Source of the DNA: Hominilimicola fabiformis
GTDB lineage: Bacteria; Bacillota; Clostridia; UBA1381
DNA: 24,000 nt
Assembly (NCBI RefSeq): GCF_020687385.1
Contig: NZ_JAJEQM010000001.1
Span: forward strand, 259,110-283,109
Reading direction: 5' to 3'
The notes beneath the pieces were generated by a model that did no database searches, was not told where the DNA came from, and worked only from the letters and a program-made list of their open reading frames with translations. The position numbers and the translations under genes were made by a program. Shown one piece after another: positions 1 to 8,769 of this stretch. Position 1 is the stretch's first letter, and each line of letters begins with the position of its first letter.

Positions 1-92
1 ACAAGTATATTATAATACTTGGAGTTTACTCTAAGTCAATAGTTTTTTGAAAATTTTTTGAAATAAATTAAGTGGAGGAGAGAATTTCGTAT

Positions 93-125
93 AAAAAAAC
101 AGGCAAAACCTTTCGGTTTTGCCTG
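93..125 (-). terminator. Rho-independent terminator downstream of ppdK
   Basis: Perfect 11-bp stem caggcaaaacc/ggttttgcctg with a 4-nt loop. It is followed on the minus strand by a T-run (A-run 93-99 on plus), about 25 nt after the ppdK stop. Confidence 0.85.
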
Positions 126-150
126 TCTTATTATCATATTCGATAATGAA

Positions 151-2781
151 TTAGTTTTCTTCGTTAATCTTAGCTTGAGCAGCTGCAAGTCTTGCGATTG
201 GCACACGGAATGGTGAGCATGAAACATAGTCAAGACCAATCTTGTGGCAGAACTCAACTGATGATGGGTCGCCGCCGTGTTCACCGCAGATACCGATGTG
301 AAGTTTTGGATTAACCGGCTTACCAAGCTTAATAGCTGTTTCCATAAGCTTACCAACACCCTTTTGGTCAATCTTAGCGAACGGATCGTTTTCAAAGATT
401 TTAGCGTCATAGTAAGCGTCAAGGAACTTACCTGCGTCGTCACGAGAGAAACCGAATGTAAGTTGAGTAAGGTCGTTTGTACCGAAACAGAAGAAGTCAG
501 CTTCGTTAGCGATTTCGTCAGCTGTTAGAGCCGCACGAGGGATTTCGATCATTGTACCAACTTCGTACTTAAGTTCGATACCTGCTGCAGCGATTTCAGC
601 GTCAGCTGTTTCTACAACGACTTTCTTAACGTACTTCAATTCCTTGATGTCGCCGATAAGCGGAATCATAATTTCAGGAACGATTGTCCAATCAGCGTGA
701 GCCTTTTGAACGTTGATAGCTGCACGAATAACAGCCTTTGTCTGCATTTTTGCAATTTCAGGATATGTTACTGCAAGACGGCAACCTCTGTGACCCATCA
801 TAGGGTTAGCTTCGTGTAAACCGTTGATAATATCCTTAATAGCCTCAACGCTCTTGCCTTGAGCCTTTGCAAGCAATTCAATATCTTCTTCTTCTGTAGG
901 AACGAACTCGTGTAGAGGTGGGTCCAAGAATCTGATTGTTACAGGGTTACCTTCAAGAGCCTCGTAAAGTTGCTCGAAGTCACCTTGTTGCATAGGAAGA
1001 ATCTTATTAAGAGCTGCTTCTCTTTCTTCAACTGTATCGGCACAAATCATTTCTCTGAATGCGTCAATTCTGTTGCCTTCAAAGAACATATGCTCTGTAC
1101 GGCAAAGACCGATACCTTCTGCACCAAGCTCCTTAGCTTTCTTAGCGTCAGCAGGAGTATCTGCGTTTGTACGAACTTTTAGTGTTCTGTACTTATCAGC
1201 CCATGACATAATTCTGCCGAATTCACCTGCGATTGATGCGTCAACTGTTGGGATAATACCGTCATAGATATTACCTGTTGAACCGTCAAGTGAAATTGTA
1301 TCACCTTCGTGATATTCTTTACCGTTAAGTGTAAACTTCTTGTTTTCTTCGTCCATTGCGATGTCGCCGCAACCTGATACACAGCATGTACCCATACCAC
1401 GGGCAACAACGGCTGCGTGAGATGTCATACCGCCGCGAACTGTAAGGATACCTTGAGCGGCTTTCATACCTTCGATATCTTCAGGAGAAGTTTCAAGTCT
1501 TACAAGAACAACCTTTTCGCCTCTTGCAGCCCATTCCTTAGCGTCGTCAGCTGAGAATACAATCTTACCTGCTGCGGCACCCGGAGATGCACCAAGAGCC
1601 TTACCCATTGGTGTAGCAGCCTTTAGAGCGGCAACGTCGAATTGAGGGTGAAGTAGTGTATCAAGGTTTCTTGGGTCGATCATTGCAACAGCTTCTTTTT
1701 CTGTTCTCATACCTTCGTCAACAAGGTCACAAGCAATCTTCAAAGCAGCTTGAGCAGTTCTCTTACCGTTTCTTGTTTGTAGCATATAAAGCTTTTTATT
1801 TTCAACAGTGAATTCCATATCCTGCATATCTCTGTAATGGTCTTCAAGAAGTTTGCAAACCTCCTTGAACTGAGCAAATGCCTCAGGGAACTCTTCTTCC
1901 ATCTTTGCGATTGGCATTGGTGTACGAACGCCGGCAACAACGTCTTCACCTTGAGCGTTTATAAGGAATTCGCCCATAAGCTTCTTTTCGCCTGTAGCAG
2001 GGTCACGAGTAAATGCAACACCTGTACCGCAGTCATCACCCATGTTACCGAATGCCATTGACTGTACGTTTACGGCTGTACCCCATGAATAAGGAATGTC
2101 GTTATCACGACGGTATACGTTAGCTCTTGGGTTATCCCATGAACGGAATACGGCTTTAACGGCACCCATAAGCTGTTCTTTAGGATCTGATGGGAAGTCT
2201 TCGCCAATCTTTTCCTTATATTCAGCCTTAAATTGTGATGCAAGTTCCTTTAGGTCGTCAGCTGTAAGCTCAACGTCAAAAGTAACTCCCTTTTCTTCTT
2301 TCATCTTGTCGATAAGTTCTTCAAAATACTTCTTACCGACTTCCATAACTACGTCTGAATACATCTGAATAAATCTTCTGTAACAGTCCCAAGCCCATCT
2401 TGCGTTACCTGACTTCTTAGCGATAACTTCAACAACGTCTTCGTTAAGACCAAGGTTCAAGATTGTATCCATCATACCCGGCATTGATGCTCTTGCACCA
2501 CTACGAACAGAAACAAGAAGTGGGTTTTCCTTATCGCCGAACTTCTTACCTGTGATTTCTTCCATCTTGCCGATGTACTCGTTGATTTCAGCCATAATAT
2601 CAGGATTGATTGTACGACCGTCTTCGTAATATTGAGTACAAGCCTCAGTTGTAATTGTGAAACCCTGCGGTACCGGAAGACCGATATTTGTCATTTCAGC
2701 AAGGTTAGCACCTTTACCGCCAAGCAACTCTCTCATAGTTGCATTACCTTCTGTAAAAAGGTAACAATACTTTTTTGCCAT
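151..2781 (-). CDS. ppdK: pyruvate, phosphate dikinase
   Basis: 876-aa ORF. N-terminal ATP-grasp region (GGKGANLAEM), phosphohistidine swivel motif GGMTSHAAVVARG, C-terminal PEP-utilising TIM-barrel region (GICGEHGGDP). AGGAGGAG SD lies 6 nt upstream of the ATG. Confidence 0.97.
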   Translation of the reverse strand: MAKKYCYLFTEGNATMRELLGGKGANLAEMTNIGLPVPQGFTITTEACTQYYEDGRTINPDIMAEINEYIGKMEEITGKKFGDKENPLLVSVRSGARASMPGMMDTILNLGLNEDVVEVIAKKSGNARWAWDCYRRFIQMYSDVVMEVGKKYFEELIDKMKEEKGVTFDVELTADDLKELASQFKAEYKEKIGEDFPSDPKEQLMGAVKAVFRSWDNPRANVYRRDNDIPYSWGTAVNVQSMAFGNMGDDCGTGVAFTRDPATGEKKLMGEFLINAQGEDVVAGVRTPMPIAKMEEEFPEAFAQFKEVCKLLEDHYRDMQDMEFTVENKKLYMLQTRNGKRTAQAALKIACDLVDEGMRTEKEAVAMIDPRNLDTLLHPQFDVAALKAATPMGKALGASPGAAAGKIVFSADDAKEWAARGEKVVLVRLETSPEDIEGMKAAQGILTVRGGMTSHAAVVARGMGTCCVSGCGDIAMDEENKKFTLNGKEYHEGDTISLDGSTGNIYDGIIPTVDASIAGEFGRIMSWADKYRTLKVRTNADTPADAKKAKELGAEGIGLCRTEHMFFEGNRIDAFREMICADTVEEREAALNKILPMQQGDFEQLYEALEGNPVTIRFLDPPLHEFVPTEEEDIELLAKAQGKSVEAIKDIINGLHEANPMMGHRGCRLAVTYPEIAKMQTKAVIRAAINVQKAHADWTIVPEIMIPLIGDIKELKYVKKVVVETADAEIAAAGIELKYEVGTMIEIPRAALTADEIANEADFFCFGTNDLTQLTFGFSRDDAGKFLDAYYDAKIFENDPFAKIDQKGVGKLMETAIKLGKPVNPKLHIGICGEHGGDPSSVEFCHKIGLDYVSCSPFRVPIARLAAAQAKINEEN

Positions 2782-2946
2782 TGGATTCTCCTCCTAAAGT
2801 TATAAAAATAGTAGCGACGGCGTCTGCCGCCATATGTCTGTATATTAATTATACCATAAATAAACGAAATGTCTATATTATTTATTCAAATTTTTTATAA
2901 TTTGTGAAAAATATATCATTGTTTAGATATTTTTTTTATAAATCGA

Positions 2947-2976
2947 CAAAAAAACACCGATGTGTCGGTGTTTTTT
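2947..2976 (-). terminator. Bidirectional hairpin terminator downstream of the LOG-family gene
   Basis: Stem caccga/tcggtg with loop tgtg, flanked by an A-run on one side and a T-run on the other. It starts 4 nt beyond the stop of the minus-strand CDS at 2980. Confidence 0.75.
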
Positions 2977-2979
2977 AGA

Positions 2980-3576
2980 TTATTTTTTTACGTCTTTCAT
3001 TTCAAATACGTTAATTTTCGGTGCTTTGTATGACTCAATGTAGTCAAGTGTTTCATCCACGTCATCGAAAACTTTGTAAAGAAGTTTACAGCCCGCTCTC
3101 AAAAACTTTTCCTTGACCGCAACTTCAAGCATATCAATCATTGCGTTGTAATATCCGTTTACGTTAAGTATGGCGATAGCTTTGTTATGTCTTTCAAGCT
3201 GTTTTAGAGTAAACACTTCAAAAAATTCCTCAAAAGTGCCTATTCCGCCGGGAACAATAACAAAAGCGTCCGCTCTTTCTTCCATTATACGTTTTCTTTC
3301 ACGCATTGTGTCCGTTCTGATAAGTTCCGTACAGTCTTGGAAAATACGGCCGTCAACACCCATATCTTCATCATCAAAGAAATTCGGTACGACACCGACA
3401 ATTTCGCCTTTCTTTTCATAAACACCGCGTGCAACCGCACCCATAAGTCCGGATGCACCTGCACCGTAAACAAGTCCGTGACCTCTGTCAGCAATTTTAC
3501 GTCCGAGTTCTTCGACTTGGCTGACATAAGATTTATCTATTGTGCTGCTTGACGCTCCGAATACACAAATTTTCAT
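2980..3576 (-). CDS. LOG family / TIGR00730-type Rossmann-fold nucleotide-binding protein (cytokinin riboside 5'-monophosphate phosphoribohydrolase-like)
   Basis: 198-aa ORF with family motifs GAGASGLMGAVARG and PGGIGTFEE. AAAGGGG SD upstream. Confidence 0.88.
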   Translation of the reverse strand: MKICVFGASSSTIDKSYVSQVEELGRKIADRGHGLVYGAGASGLMGAVARGVYEKKGEIVGVVPNFFDDEDMGVDGRIFQDCTELIRTDTMRERKRIMEERADAFVIVPGGIGTFEEFFEVFTLKQLERHNKAIAILNVNGYYNAMIDMLEVAVKEKFLRAGCKLLYKVFDDVDETLDYIESYKAPKINVFEMKDVKK

Positions 3577-3598
3577 AATACATACCCCTTTCTGCTTG

Positions 3599-4126
3599 TT
3601 ATTTTTGAGAAAAACTGTTGTAGAAAACAGTTTCGTTTAAATCTTTTCTGCTTGAATGAGCCGCCGAAGGCTCTGCGTCGTCTGACGGATAACCTGTCGG
3701 TAAAAATGCAACGGGAACATAATTTTCAGGCAAATTGAATTGCTCTTTTACGTCCTTCGGATTAAATGAGCCTACCCAAGTCGTTCCGAGCCCTATGCTT
3801 TTTGCCGCCAACATCATATGCGTTGCAACGATAGCCGCGTCGATTTCGCCCTCGTCATGTCCGTCATTTCCGCGCGTCCAAGATGTTTCTTTGTCGTAAC
3901 ATACAAGGAAATTAAGCGGCGGATTAAATGCAAATTTCGTGCATTTGCTCACCTTTTCAAGTTCTTTTTCGTCGGTAAGTACAAGTATTCTCTGTGGCTG
4001 AAAATTTACGGCGGTAGGCGCTGCCTGCATTGCCGCAAGAATATAATCTATCTTTTCTTTCTCTACTTTTTTATCAGAAAATTTTCTGAGCGAAAATCTG
4101 TTTTTTGCCAATTCTAAAAAATCCAT
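3599..4126 (-). CDS. nitroreductase family protein
   Basis: 175-aa ORF. The N-terminus (RFSLRKFSDKKV...IDYILAAMQAAPTAVNFQP) and C-terminal region (GLGTTWVG) are typical of the NADH/FMN nitroreductase fold. GAGGAG SD upstream. Confidence 0.85.
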   Translation of the reverse strand: MDFLELAKNRFSLRKFSDKKVEKEKIDYILAAMQAAPTAVNFQPQRILVLTDEKELEKVSKCTKFAFNPPLNFLVCYDKETSWTRGNDGHDEGEIDAAIVATHMMLAAKSIGLGTTWVGSFNPKDVKEQFNLPENYVPVAFLPTGYPSDDAEPSAAHSSRKDLNETVFYNSFSQK

Positions 4127-4216
4127 TTTTAATCACTCCTCATCGTATTCTTTCCTTATTATTGTTATTTTATCATAAATATTATTGTTTGTAAATAAAT
4201 TAAATTTTAATAATAA

Positions 4217-4245
4217 TTGAATTTTTTATAAGTGTGTGTTATAAT
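4217..4245 (+). promoter_or_regulatory. sigma-A-type promoter for the PHP gene
   Basis: TTGAAT (4217-4222), 17-nt spacer, TGT-TATAAT extended -10 (4237-4245). Confidence 0.6.
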
Positions 4246-4275
4246 ATATGCAAATGAGAAAAAGGAGGTTTTCCG

Positions 4276-4917
4276 ATGTATACCGTTGATTTACACAATC
4301 ACACAAAATTCAGCTATGACGGCTCGAACACACCCGAAGAAATAATTGAAAATGCAATCAGACACGGTGTTGACGTTATCGGTATAACCGACCATCAATT
4401 CTCAATCGGTGAAAATCTTCCTATATATTATGAATATATTCAGCATTGTAAAATAAAATATGCCGATCAAATAAAAGTTCTTTGCGGTCTTGAAATCGGT
4501 ACACGTCCGACACCGCCGGAATCGCTTCCGCGTGCAACGGAAAATTTTGATTATGTACTTTTTGAATGCCTCGACGATACAAGGGCAATAGATTTTTATG
4601 AATTTTTGGAATGGCGAAAGCTGTTTAAATGCAAAGCAGGTCTTGCACATACCGATATTTTCAAACTCGGTGAAAGATACGGACTTGATATAATAAAAAT
4701 TTTACGTGACAACGATATTTTTTGGGAACTGAATACTTCGGGAAATTACATATACTATTATGATTTTCTTACCAACGAAAAGAAACAACAGATAATCAAA
4801 GAAAGCGGAATTCCCGTAAGCGTCGGTTCTGATACGCATTACATTGCGGAATATCGTAAAAAACAGATTCGCCGTGCGAATGAATTATTGCAAAAATTAA
4901 ATATTCCTTTACCATAA
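4276..4917 (+). CDS. PHP domain-containing phosphoesterase (histidinol-phosphatase-like)
   Basis: 213-aa ORF. N-terminal DLHNHTKFSYDG (HxH metal motif), GITDH, C-terminal GSDTH. AAGGAGG SD upstream. Confidence 0.85.
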   Translation: MYTVDLHNHTKFSYDGSNTPEEIIENAIRHGVDVIGITDHQFSIGENLPIYYEYIQHCKIKYADQIKVLCGLEIGTRPTPPESLPRATENFDYVLFECLDDTRAIDFYEFLEWRKLFKCKAGLAHTDIFKLGERYGLDIIKILRDNDIFWELNTSGNYIYYYDFLTNEKKQQIIKESGIPVSVGSDTHYIAEYRKKQIRRANELLQKLNIPLP

Positions 4918-4919
4918 AA

Positions 4920-4947
4920 ATGACGATTTTTAATCGCCATTTTTTTA
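4920..4947 (+). terminator. Rho-independent terminator after the PHP gene
   Basis: Stem atgacgatt/aatcgccat (one mismatch) followed by T7. Confidence 0.6.
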
Positions 4948-4982
4948 TTGTTAAAAATAAAATCGAAAAAGTTTTAAAAATA

Positions 4983-5011
4983 TTGCTTAAAATCGAATAT
5001 TGTTATATAAT
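4983..5011 (+). promoter_or_regulatory. sigma-A-type promoter for the RodA/FtsW-family gene
   Basis: TTGCTT (4983-4988), 17-nt spacer, TATAAT (5006-5011). Confidence 0.55.
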
Positions 5012-5056
5012 ATAAATAATTGTGATAAAACAGTTTTGTCTGTAATCTGAATAGGA

Positions 5057-6196
5057 GTGATATTTTTGAAAATAAAAAGTGTTTCAAAAAAATCCGTCAT
5101 ACTTATGGAGTTTGACTGGGTTTTGTTTATAGCGACAATCTGTTTGTCGGTGTTTGGAATAGTGATGATTTATTCGGCTACGCGAACATTGCAGTCGAAT
5201 ACGAATGTAATAGTGCAGTCTGGTGCAATGGTTTTGGGTTGTGCGGCAATGCTTGTAACGTGTTTTTTCGATTACGAACAGCTTAAAAATCTCGTCAAAC
5301 CGATTTATATATTCGCCGTCGCGATACTGCTTTTGGTATTGGTGTTTGGTGTCAGTGGCGACTGGGGTGCGAGGAGCTGGATTAGATTCGGTGCAATCGG
5401 TATTCAGCCTTCGGAAATCGCAAAAATTTGCTTTATAGTAACTTTTTCGTGTCACTTATCAAAAGTGCATGACGATATAAATAAACCGCTTACGATTTTA
5501 GGATTGTTACTTCATATCGGTGTGCTTGTAGGTTTGATTTTGTTACAGCCTGATATGGGCAGTGTGTTGGTATTTTTGTTTATGTTTATATGTCTTATGT
5601 TTGTTGCAAAACTTTCATATAAATATATATTGCCGATTGGTGTGGCAGGTGTCGCGTCATTGCCTTTTATATATAAGTATGTACTTTCGGAATATCAGCA
5701 GAAACGTATTCAGGTGTTTTTAAATCCAAACCTTGACCCAAGGGGAAGAGGCTATAACGTAATTCAATCTAAAATTGCGGTCGGTTCAGGTCAGCTTTGG
5801 GGTAAAGGATATTTGCAGGGAACGCAAAACCAAATGGGTTATTTGCCTACTAAATATACCGACTTTATATTCAGTGTAATAAGTGAGGAATTTGGTTTTA
5901 TCGGTGCATTGCTTGTTACGGCGGTGCTGTTCTTCATAATTTATAAATGCTTTAAAACCGCTCAAAAAGCCGATAATGCTTTCGGAAGATATATTTGTGT
6001 CGGTGTCGGTGCAATGATGTTGTTCCACGCATTTGAAAATATCGGTATGTGTATCGGACTTATGCCTGTTACGGGTATTCCGTTGCCGTTTGTAAGCTAC
6101 GGCGGTACATCACTTGTTGTGAATATGATTGCAATAGGACTGGTGCTTAGTGTGTCGTATCACAATAAACCGCGAAGTGTGTTTGACGTATATTGA
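5057..6196 (+). CDS. FtsW/RodA/SpoVE family cell cycle protein (SEDS peptidoglycan polymerase, RodA-like)
   Basis: Polytopic membrane ORF with SEDS motifs (SEIAKI, LQPDMGS, GSGQLWGKGY, TDFIFSVISEEFGFIG, PLPFVSYGGTS). The start is ambiguous: GTG 5057, TTG 5066 (8 nt after AGGAG) or ATG 5105 (MEFDWVLF). Confidence 0.92.
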   Translation: MIFLKIKSVSKKSVILMEFDWVLFIATICLSVFGIVMIYSATRTLQSNTNVIVQSGAMVLGCAAMLVTCFFDYEQLKNLVKPIYIFAVAILLLVLVFGVSGDWGARSWIRFGAIGIQPSEIAKICFIVTFSCHLSKVHDDINKPLTILGLLLHIGVLVGLILLQPDMGSVLVFLFMFICLMFVAKLSYKYILPIGVAGVASLPFIYKYVLSEYQQKRIQVFLNPNLDPRGRGYNVIQSKIAVGSGQLWGKGYLQGTQNQMGYLPTKYTDFIFSVISEEFGFIGALLVTAVLFFIIYKCFKTAQKADNAFGRYICVGVGAMMLFHAFENIGMCIGLMPVTGIPLPFVSYGGTSLVVNMIAIGLVLSVSYHNKPRSVFDVY

Positions 6197-6203
6197 TAAT
6201 TAA

Positions 6204-6234
6204 GGCTGTCGACAAATTGTCGGCAGTCTTTTTT
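6204..6234 (+). terminator. Rho-independent terminator after the RodA-like gene
   Basis: Stem ggctgtcgaca/tgtcggcagtc (imperfect), 3-nt loop, followed by T6. Confidence 0.7.
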
Positions 6235-6329
6235 GTTTACTCACAAACTATCGTCGATTGAATATTATATAGTAAGGAGGCAAGAATTTCTCGCTTGCCT
6301 TTTTAAAATATTTGAGGGGAGTGAAATTT

Positions 6330-6584
6330 ATGTATATATTGGTTGGATCGGTCACTACTGCGACAAGACTTAAAAAAGTTGCAGAAAAAATTATCGGTTT
6401 TCCGGCATATGTTGTGCATACGCCGTCCGCTTTAAATCAAGGTGGCTGTTCCTATTCCGTGCGTGTTGATGACCGTGCACTTAATGAAATCAGAAAGATA
6501 GCCGGCGATAATGAAATTCCGATTAGACGGATTTATATAGAAAGAACAGTAAACGGGGAGCGTGTTTATGATGTTGTATCTTGA
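6330..6584 (+). CDS. DUF3343-like small protein (putative Se/S carrier-like)
   Basis: 84-aa ORF from ATG 6330, with GAGGGGAG SD 8 nt upstream; the track start at 6312 is a TTG extension. Small alpha/beta protein with a central GGC motif (NQGGCSY). Its 3' end overlaps the start of the downstream desulfurase-like gene. Family assignment is from memory of the fold pattern and gene context. Confidence 0.6.
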   Translation: MYILVGSVTTATRLKKVAEKIIGFPAYVVHTPSALNQGGCSYSVRVDDRALNEIRKIAGDNEIPIRRIYIERTVNGERVYDVVS

Positions 6585-7692
6585 TAACGCGGCAACGACT
6601 TTGAAAAAGCCTTTGTCGGTGTATGCGACGCTTTTTAAGAGTACCTTGTTTTCGGGCGGAAACGCGGGACGGGGAGGGCATAAGATGAGTATGGACGCAG
6701 TGCGTGCTATTGTAGATACACAAGATTTGATTGCACAGCTTTTTAATATAAAAAAAGCCGAAAATGTTGTTTTTACGCAAAATGCGACGTACGCTCTGAA
6801 CACTGCCATTCTCGGCACAATGTCAAACGGAGGACATATTGTCGTTACGGAGATGGATCATAACAGCGTTTTAAGACCTGCTTGTTTGTCGGGGAATTAC
6901 ACCGTTGTAAGAGCGGATAAGAGCGGATATGTACACGCGGAAGATGTTGAAAAGGCTGTGAGGAAGGATACAAAGCTGATTGTTTGTACCCACGCGTCAA
7001 ACGTGTGCGGAACAATTCAGCCGGTGTATGCAATAGGAAGAATAGCGAAAAAGCATAAAATACCGTTTTTAATGGACGTTGCACAAACGGCAGGGAGCAT
7101 AAAGATTGATGCGGAAAAAATGAATGCGGATATGATAGCTTTTTCCGGACATAAAGGTCTTATGGGACCGCTTGGAACAGGCGGATTGTATGTGAAAAGT
7201 CCGGAAGAACTTGCACCGCTTGTGACGGGCGGAACGGGAAGTAATTCGGAGAGCGTTTCACAGCCGGAATTTATGCCCGATAAGTTTCACAGCGGTACGA
7301 TGAATACACCTGCAATTAAGGCTTTGGGGGCAGGGGTTAAGTATGTTATGAAATACGGCGTTGATGTAATCGGTAAGCATGAAAAAATGCTTTCCGAAAA
7401 ATTTAAAGAAAATTTGATGAATATGGATAATGTTACGATATACGGGAATGATAACAGTGTTGCGACTGTCGCGTTTAATGTGGCAAATCTCGGAAGTGAA
7501 GAAGTTTTTGAAATGCTTAAGGGCAAAGCGGCGGTAAGAGCGGGTTATCATTGTGCACCGCTCGCACACAGAGCGATAGGTACATCGGATAGGGGAGCGG
7601 TCAGAGCGTCGTTCGGAGTTTTTAATTCAAAAAATGATGTGGCGAAAATGACTGATTATGTGTATAAAATCAGTAAAAATGTGTCGGGATAG
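6568..7692 (+). CDS. aminotransferase class V-fold PLP-dependent enzyme (cysteine desulfurase-like)
   Basis: N-terminal YLDNAATT motif and PLP-lysine motif FSGHKGLMGP. GGGGAG SD lies 7 nt before ATG 6568; the track start GTG 6562 is also possible. Confidence 0.9.
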   Translation: MMLYLDNAATTLKKPLSVYATLFKSTLFSGGNAGRGGHKMSMDAVRAIVDTQDLIAQLFNIKKAENVVFTQNATYALNTAILGTMSNGGHIVVTEMDHNSVLRPACLSGNYTVVRADKSGYVHAEDVEKAVRKDTKLIVCTHASNVCGTIQPVYAIGRIAKKHKIPFLMDVAQTAGSIKIDAEKMNADMIAFSGHKGLMGPLGTGGLYVKSPEELAPLVTGGTGSNSESVSQPEFMPDKFHSGTMNTPAIKALGAGVKYVMKYGVDVIGKHEKMLSEKFKENLMNMDNVTIYGNDNSVATVAFNVANLGSEEVFEMLKGKAAVRAGYHCAPLAHRAIGTSDRGAVRASFGVFNSKNDVAKMTDYVYKISKNVSG

Positions 7693-7741
7693 AGAAATCT
7701 GTCCCGGTACATAAAAATGACAAATTTTTTTGAAAAAAGTA

Positions 7742-7770
7742 TTGACAAATGCTTTTTGGTCTGTTATAAT
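7742..7770 (+). promoter_or_regulatory. strong sigma-A promoter of the tRNA operon
   Basis: TTGACA (7742-7747), 17-nt spacer, TGT-TATAAT (7762-7770). Confidence 0.75.
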
Positions 7771-7822
7771 TAATCAAGTCAGTTGGTGAGTAGAGAACTC
7801 ACTGAAAGACAGATTGAATTAT

Positions 7823-7896
<74 letters not shown>

Positions 7897-7902
7897 ATAT
7901 AT

Positions 7903-7979
7903 GTGTCTGTAGCTCAGTTGGATAGAGCAATTGCCTTCTAAGCAATGGGCCGGGGGTTCGAATCCCTCCAGACACGCCA
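7903..7979 (+). tRNA. tRNA-Arg (anticodon UCU), CCA encoded
   Basis: Acceptor gtgtctg/cagacac, anticodon stem attgc/gcaat with loop cTTCTaa, T-loop GGTTCGAATCC. Confidence 0.93.
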
Positions 7980-8037
7980 ATTTCTTTTTGGAATTCAAAA
8001 AGAGTTTAGTGTGCGTAGATAACTACCGCCATCATAT

Positions 8038-8115
8038 GGTGGGTATAGTTCAGCTGGTTAGAGCGTCAGTTTGTGGCACTGAATGTCGTGGGTTCGAATC
8101 CCACTACCCACCCCA
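8038..8115 (+). tRNA. tRNA-His (anticodon GUG), with extra 5' G(-1), CCA encoded
   Basis: Acceptor gtgggta/tacccac preceded by an extra G opposite discriminator C. Anticodon stem tcagt/actga with loop tTGTGgc. Confidence 0.92.
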
Positions 8116-8132
8116 TTTTAATTTTAATATAC

Positions 8133-8208
8133 AGGGATATAGCCAAGTCGGTAAGGCACCAGATTTTGATTCTGGCATGCGTAGGTTCGAGTCCTGCTAT
8201 CCCTGCCA
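8133..8208 (+). tRNA. tRNA-Gln (anticodon UUG), CCA encoded
   Basis: Acceptor agggata/tatccct, anticodon stem ccaga/tctgg with loop tTTTGat. Confidence 0.9.
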
Positions 8209-8284
8209 GGGCCATTAGCTCAGTCGGCAGAGCACTTGACTTTTAATCAAGTTGTCCGGGGTTCGAATCTCCGATGGCTCACCA
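8209..8284 (+). tRNA. tRNA-Lys (anticodon UUU), CCA encoded
   Basis: Acceptor gggccat/atggctc, anticodon stem cttga/tcaag with loop cTTTTaa. It directly abuts tRNA-Gln. Confidence 0.92.
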
Positions 8285-8288
8285 AGTG

Positions 8289-8321
8289 AAACCGCTTAAA
8301 CGTATGTTTAAGCGGTTTTTT
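8289..8321 (+). terminator. Rho-independent terminator of the tRNA operon
   Basis: 13-bp stem aaaccgcttaaac/gtttaagcggttt, loop gtat, followed by a T-run. Confidence 0.85.
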
Positions 8322-8535
8322 ACTGCTTATTATATTTTGAGGCTGTATATTACATGTATATTACCGCTATATTTTGTTTATGGCTCGAATGGATTCGCTT
8401 GTGAAAATGTTGTAATTTGTGTTGGAGTGATGATGTTGATGCGATATGATTGAAATAGTTTGTGTAACAGTGAATCACTCTTATCAAACCTTGAATGTTT
8501 TTCGGAAAAAGTGTTGGAAAACAAAAAATATAAAT

Positions 8536-8575
8536 AAAAAAGTGTTGAAAACCTTAGGTTTTCAACACTTTTTTA
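8536..8575 (-). terminator. Bidirectional terminator downstream of tRNA-Trp
   Basis: 14-bp stem aagtgttgaaaacc/ggttttcaacactt, loop tta, with A-run and T-run flanks. Confidence 0.8.
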
Positions 8576-8577
8576 TT

Positions 8578-8653
8578 TGGCAGGGGTACAAGGACTCGAA
8601 CCTTGGGCACGCGGTTTTGGAGACCGCTGCTCTACCAACTGAGCTACACCCCT
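8578..8653 (-). tRNA. tRNA-Trp (anticodon CCA), CCA end encoded
   Basis: The reverse complement reads aggggtgtagctcagttggtagagcagcggtCTCCAAAaccgc...ggttcgagtccttgtacccctgcca. Anticodon loop is cTCCAaa. Confidence 0.92.
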
Positions 8654-8672
8654 ATCAGTAAACTGCCTTATT

Positions 8673-8701
8673 ATTCTACTACACAATCGACTATATGTCA
8701 A
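8673..8701 (-). promoter_or_regulatory. sigma-A-type promoter for tRNA-Trp
   Basis: On the minus strand: TTGACA (plus 8696-8701), 17-nt spacer, TAGAAT (plus 8673-8678). It lies about 20 nt upstream of the tRNA 5' end. Confidence 0.6.
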
Positions 8702-8769
8702 TAGTTTTTTATGAATTTACTTTAAATATTTCAAAAATAATCACATTATGTCGATTTGCAATTCTGAAA

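Noticed and set aside
1-92. A possible leftward promoter on the minus strand (TTGACT ... TATAAT) at the window edge.
   Set aside because: The spacer is about 19 nt, which is too long, and the target gene lies outside the window. It cannot be supported.
36-2368. Multiple 60-135-aa ORFs lie on either strand inside or overlapping ppdK (36-443, 277-528, 970-1182, 1073-1267, 1179-1409, 1740-1949, 1837-2061, 2096-2368).
   Set aside because: They are alternate-frame or antisense shadows of a long, highly expressed gene, with no SD and Ser/Leu/Cys-rich low-complexity translations. The same reasoning applies to the nested ORFs inside every other large CDS in the track (for example 22006-22413 in gdhA and 23358-23678 in the DUF421 gene).
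6272-6305. A strong SD-like TAAGGAGG is followed by the hairpin aggcaag/cttgcct and a T-run just upstream of the DUF3343 gene, suggesting an attenuator or micro-ORF.
   Set aside because: No start codon follows the SD-like sequence within a usable distance, and the element is too short to assign. It may simply be a second terminator for the RodA-like gene.
7931-8661. Track ORFs 7931-8218 (+) and 8446-8661 (+).
   Set aside because: Both run through tRNA genes (Arg/His/Gln and the complement of tRNA-Trp), lack an SD and have low-complexity translations. They are spurious.
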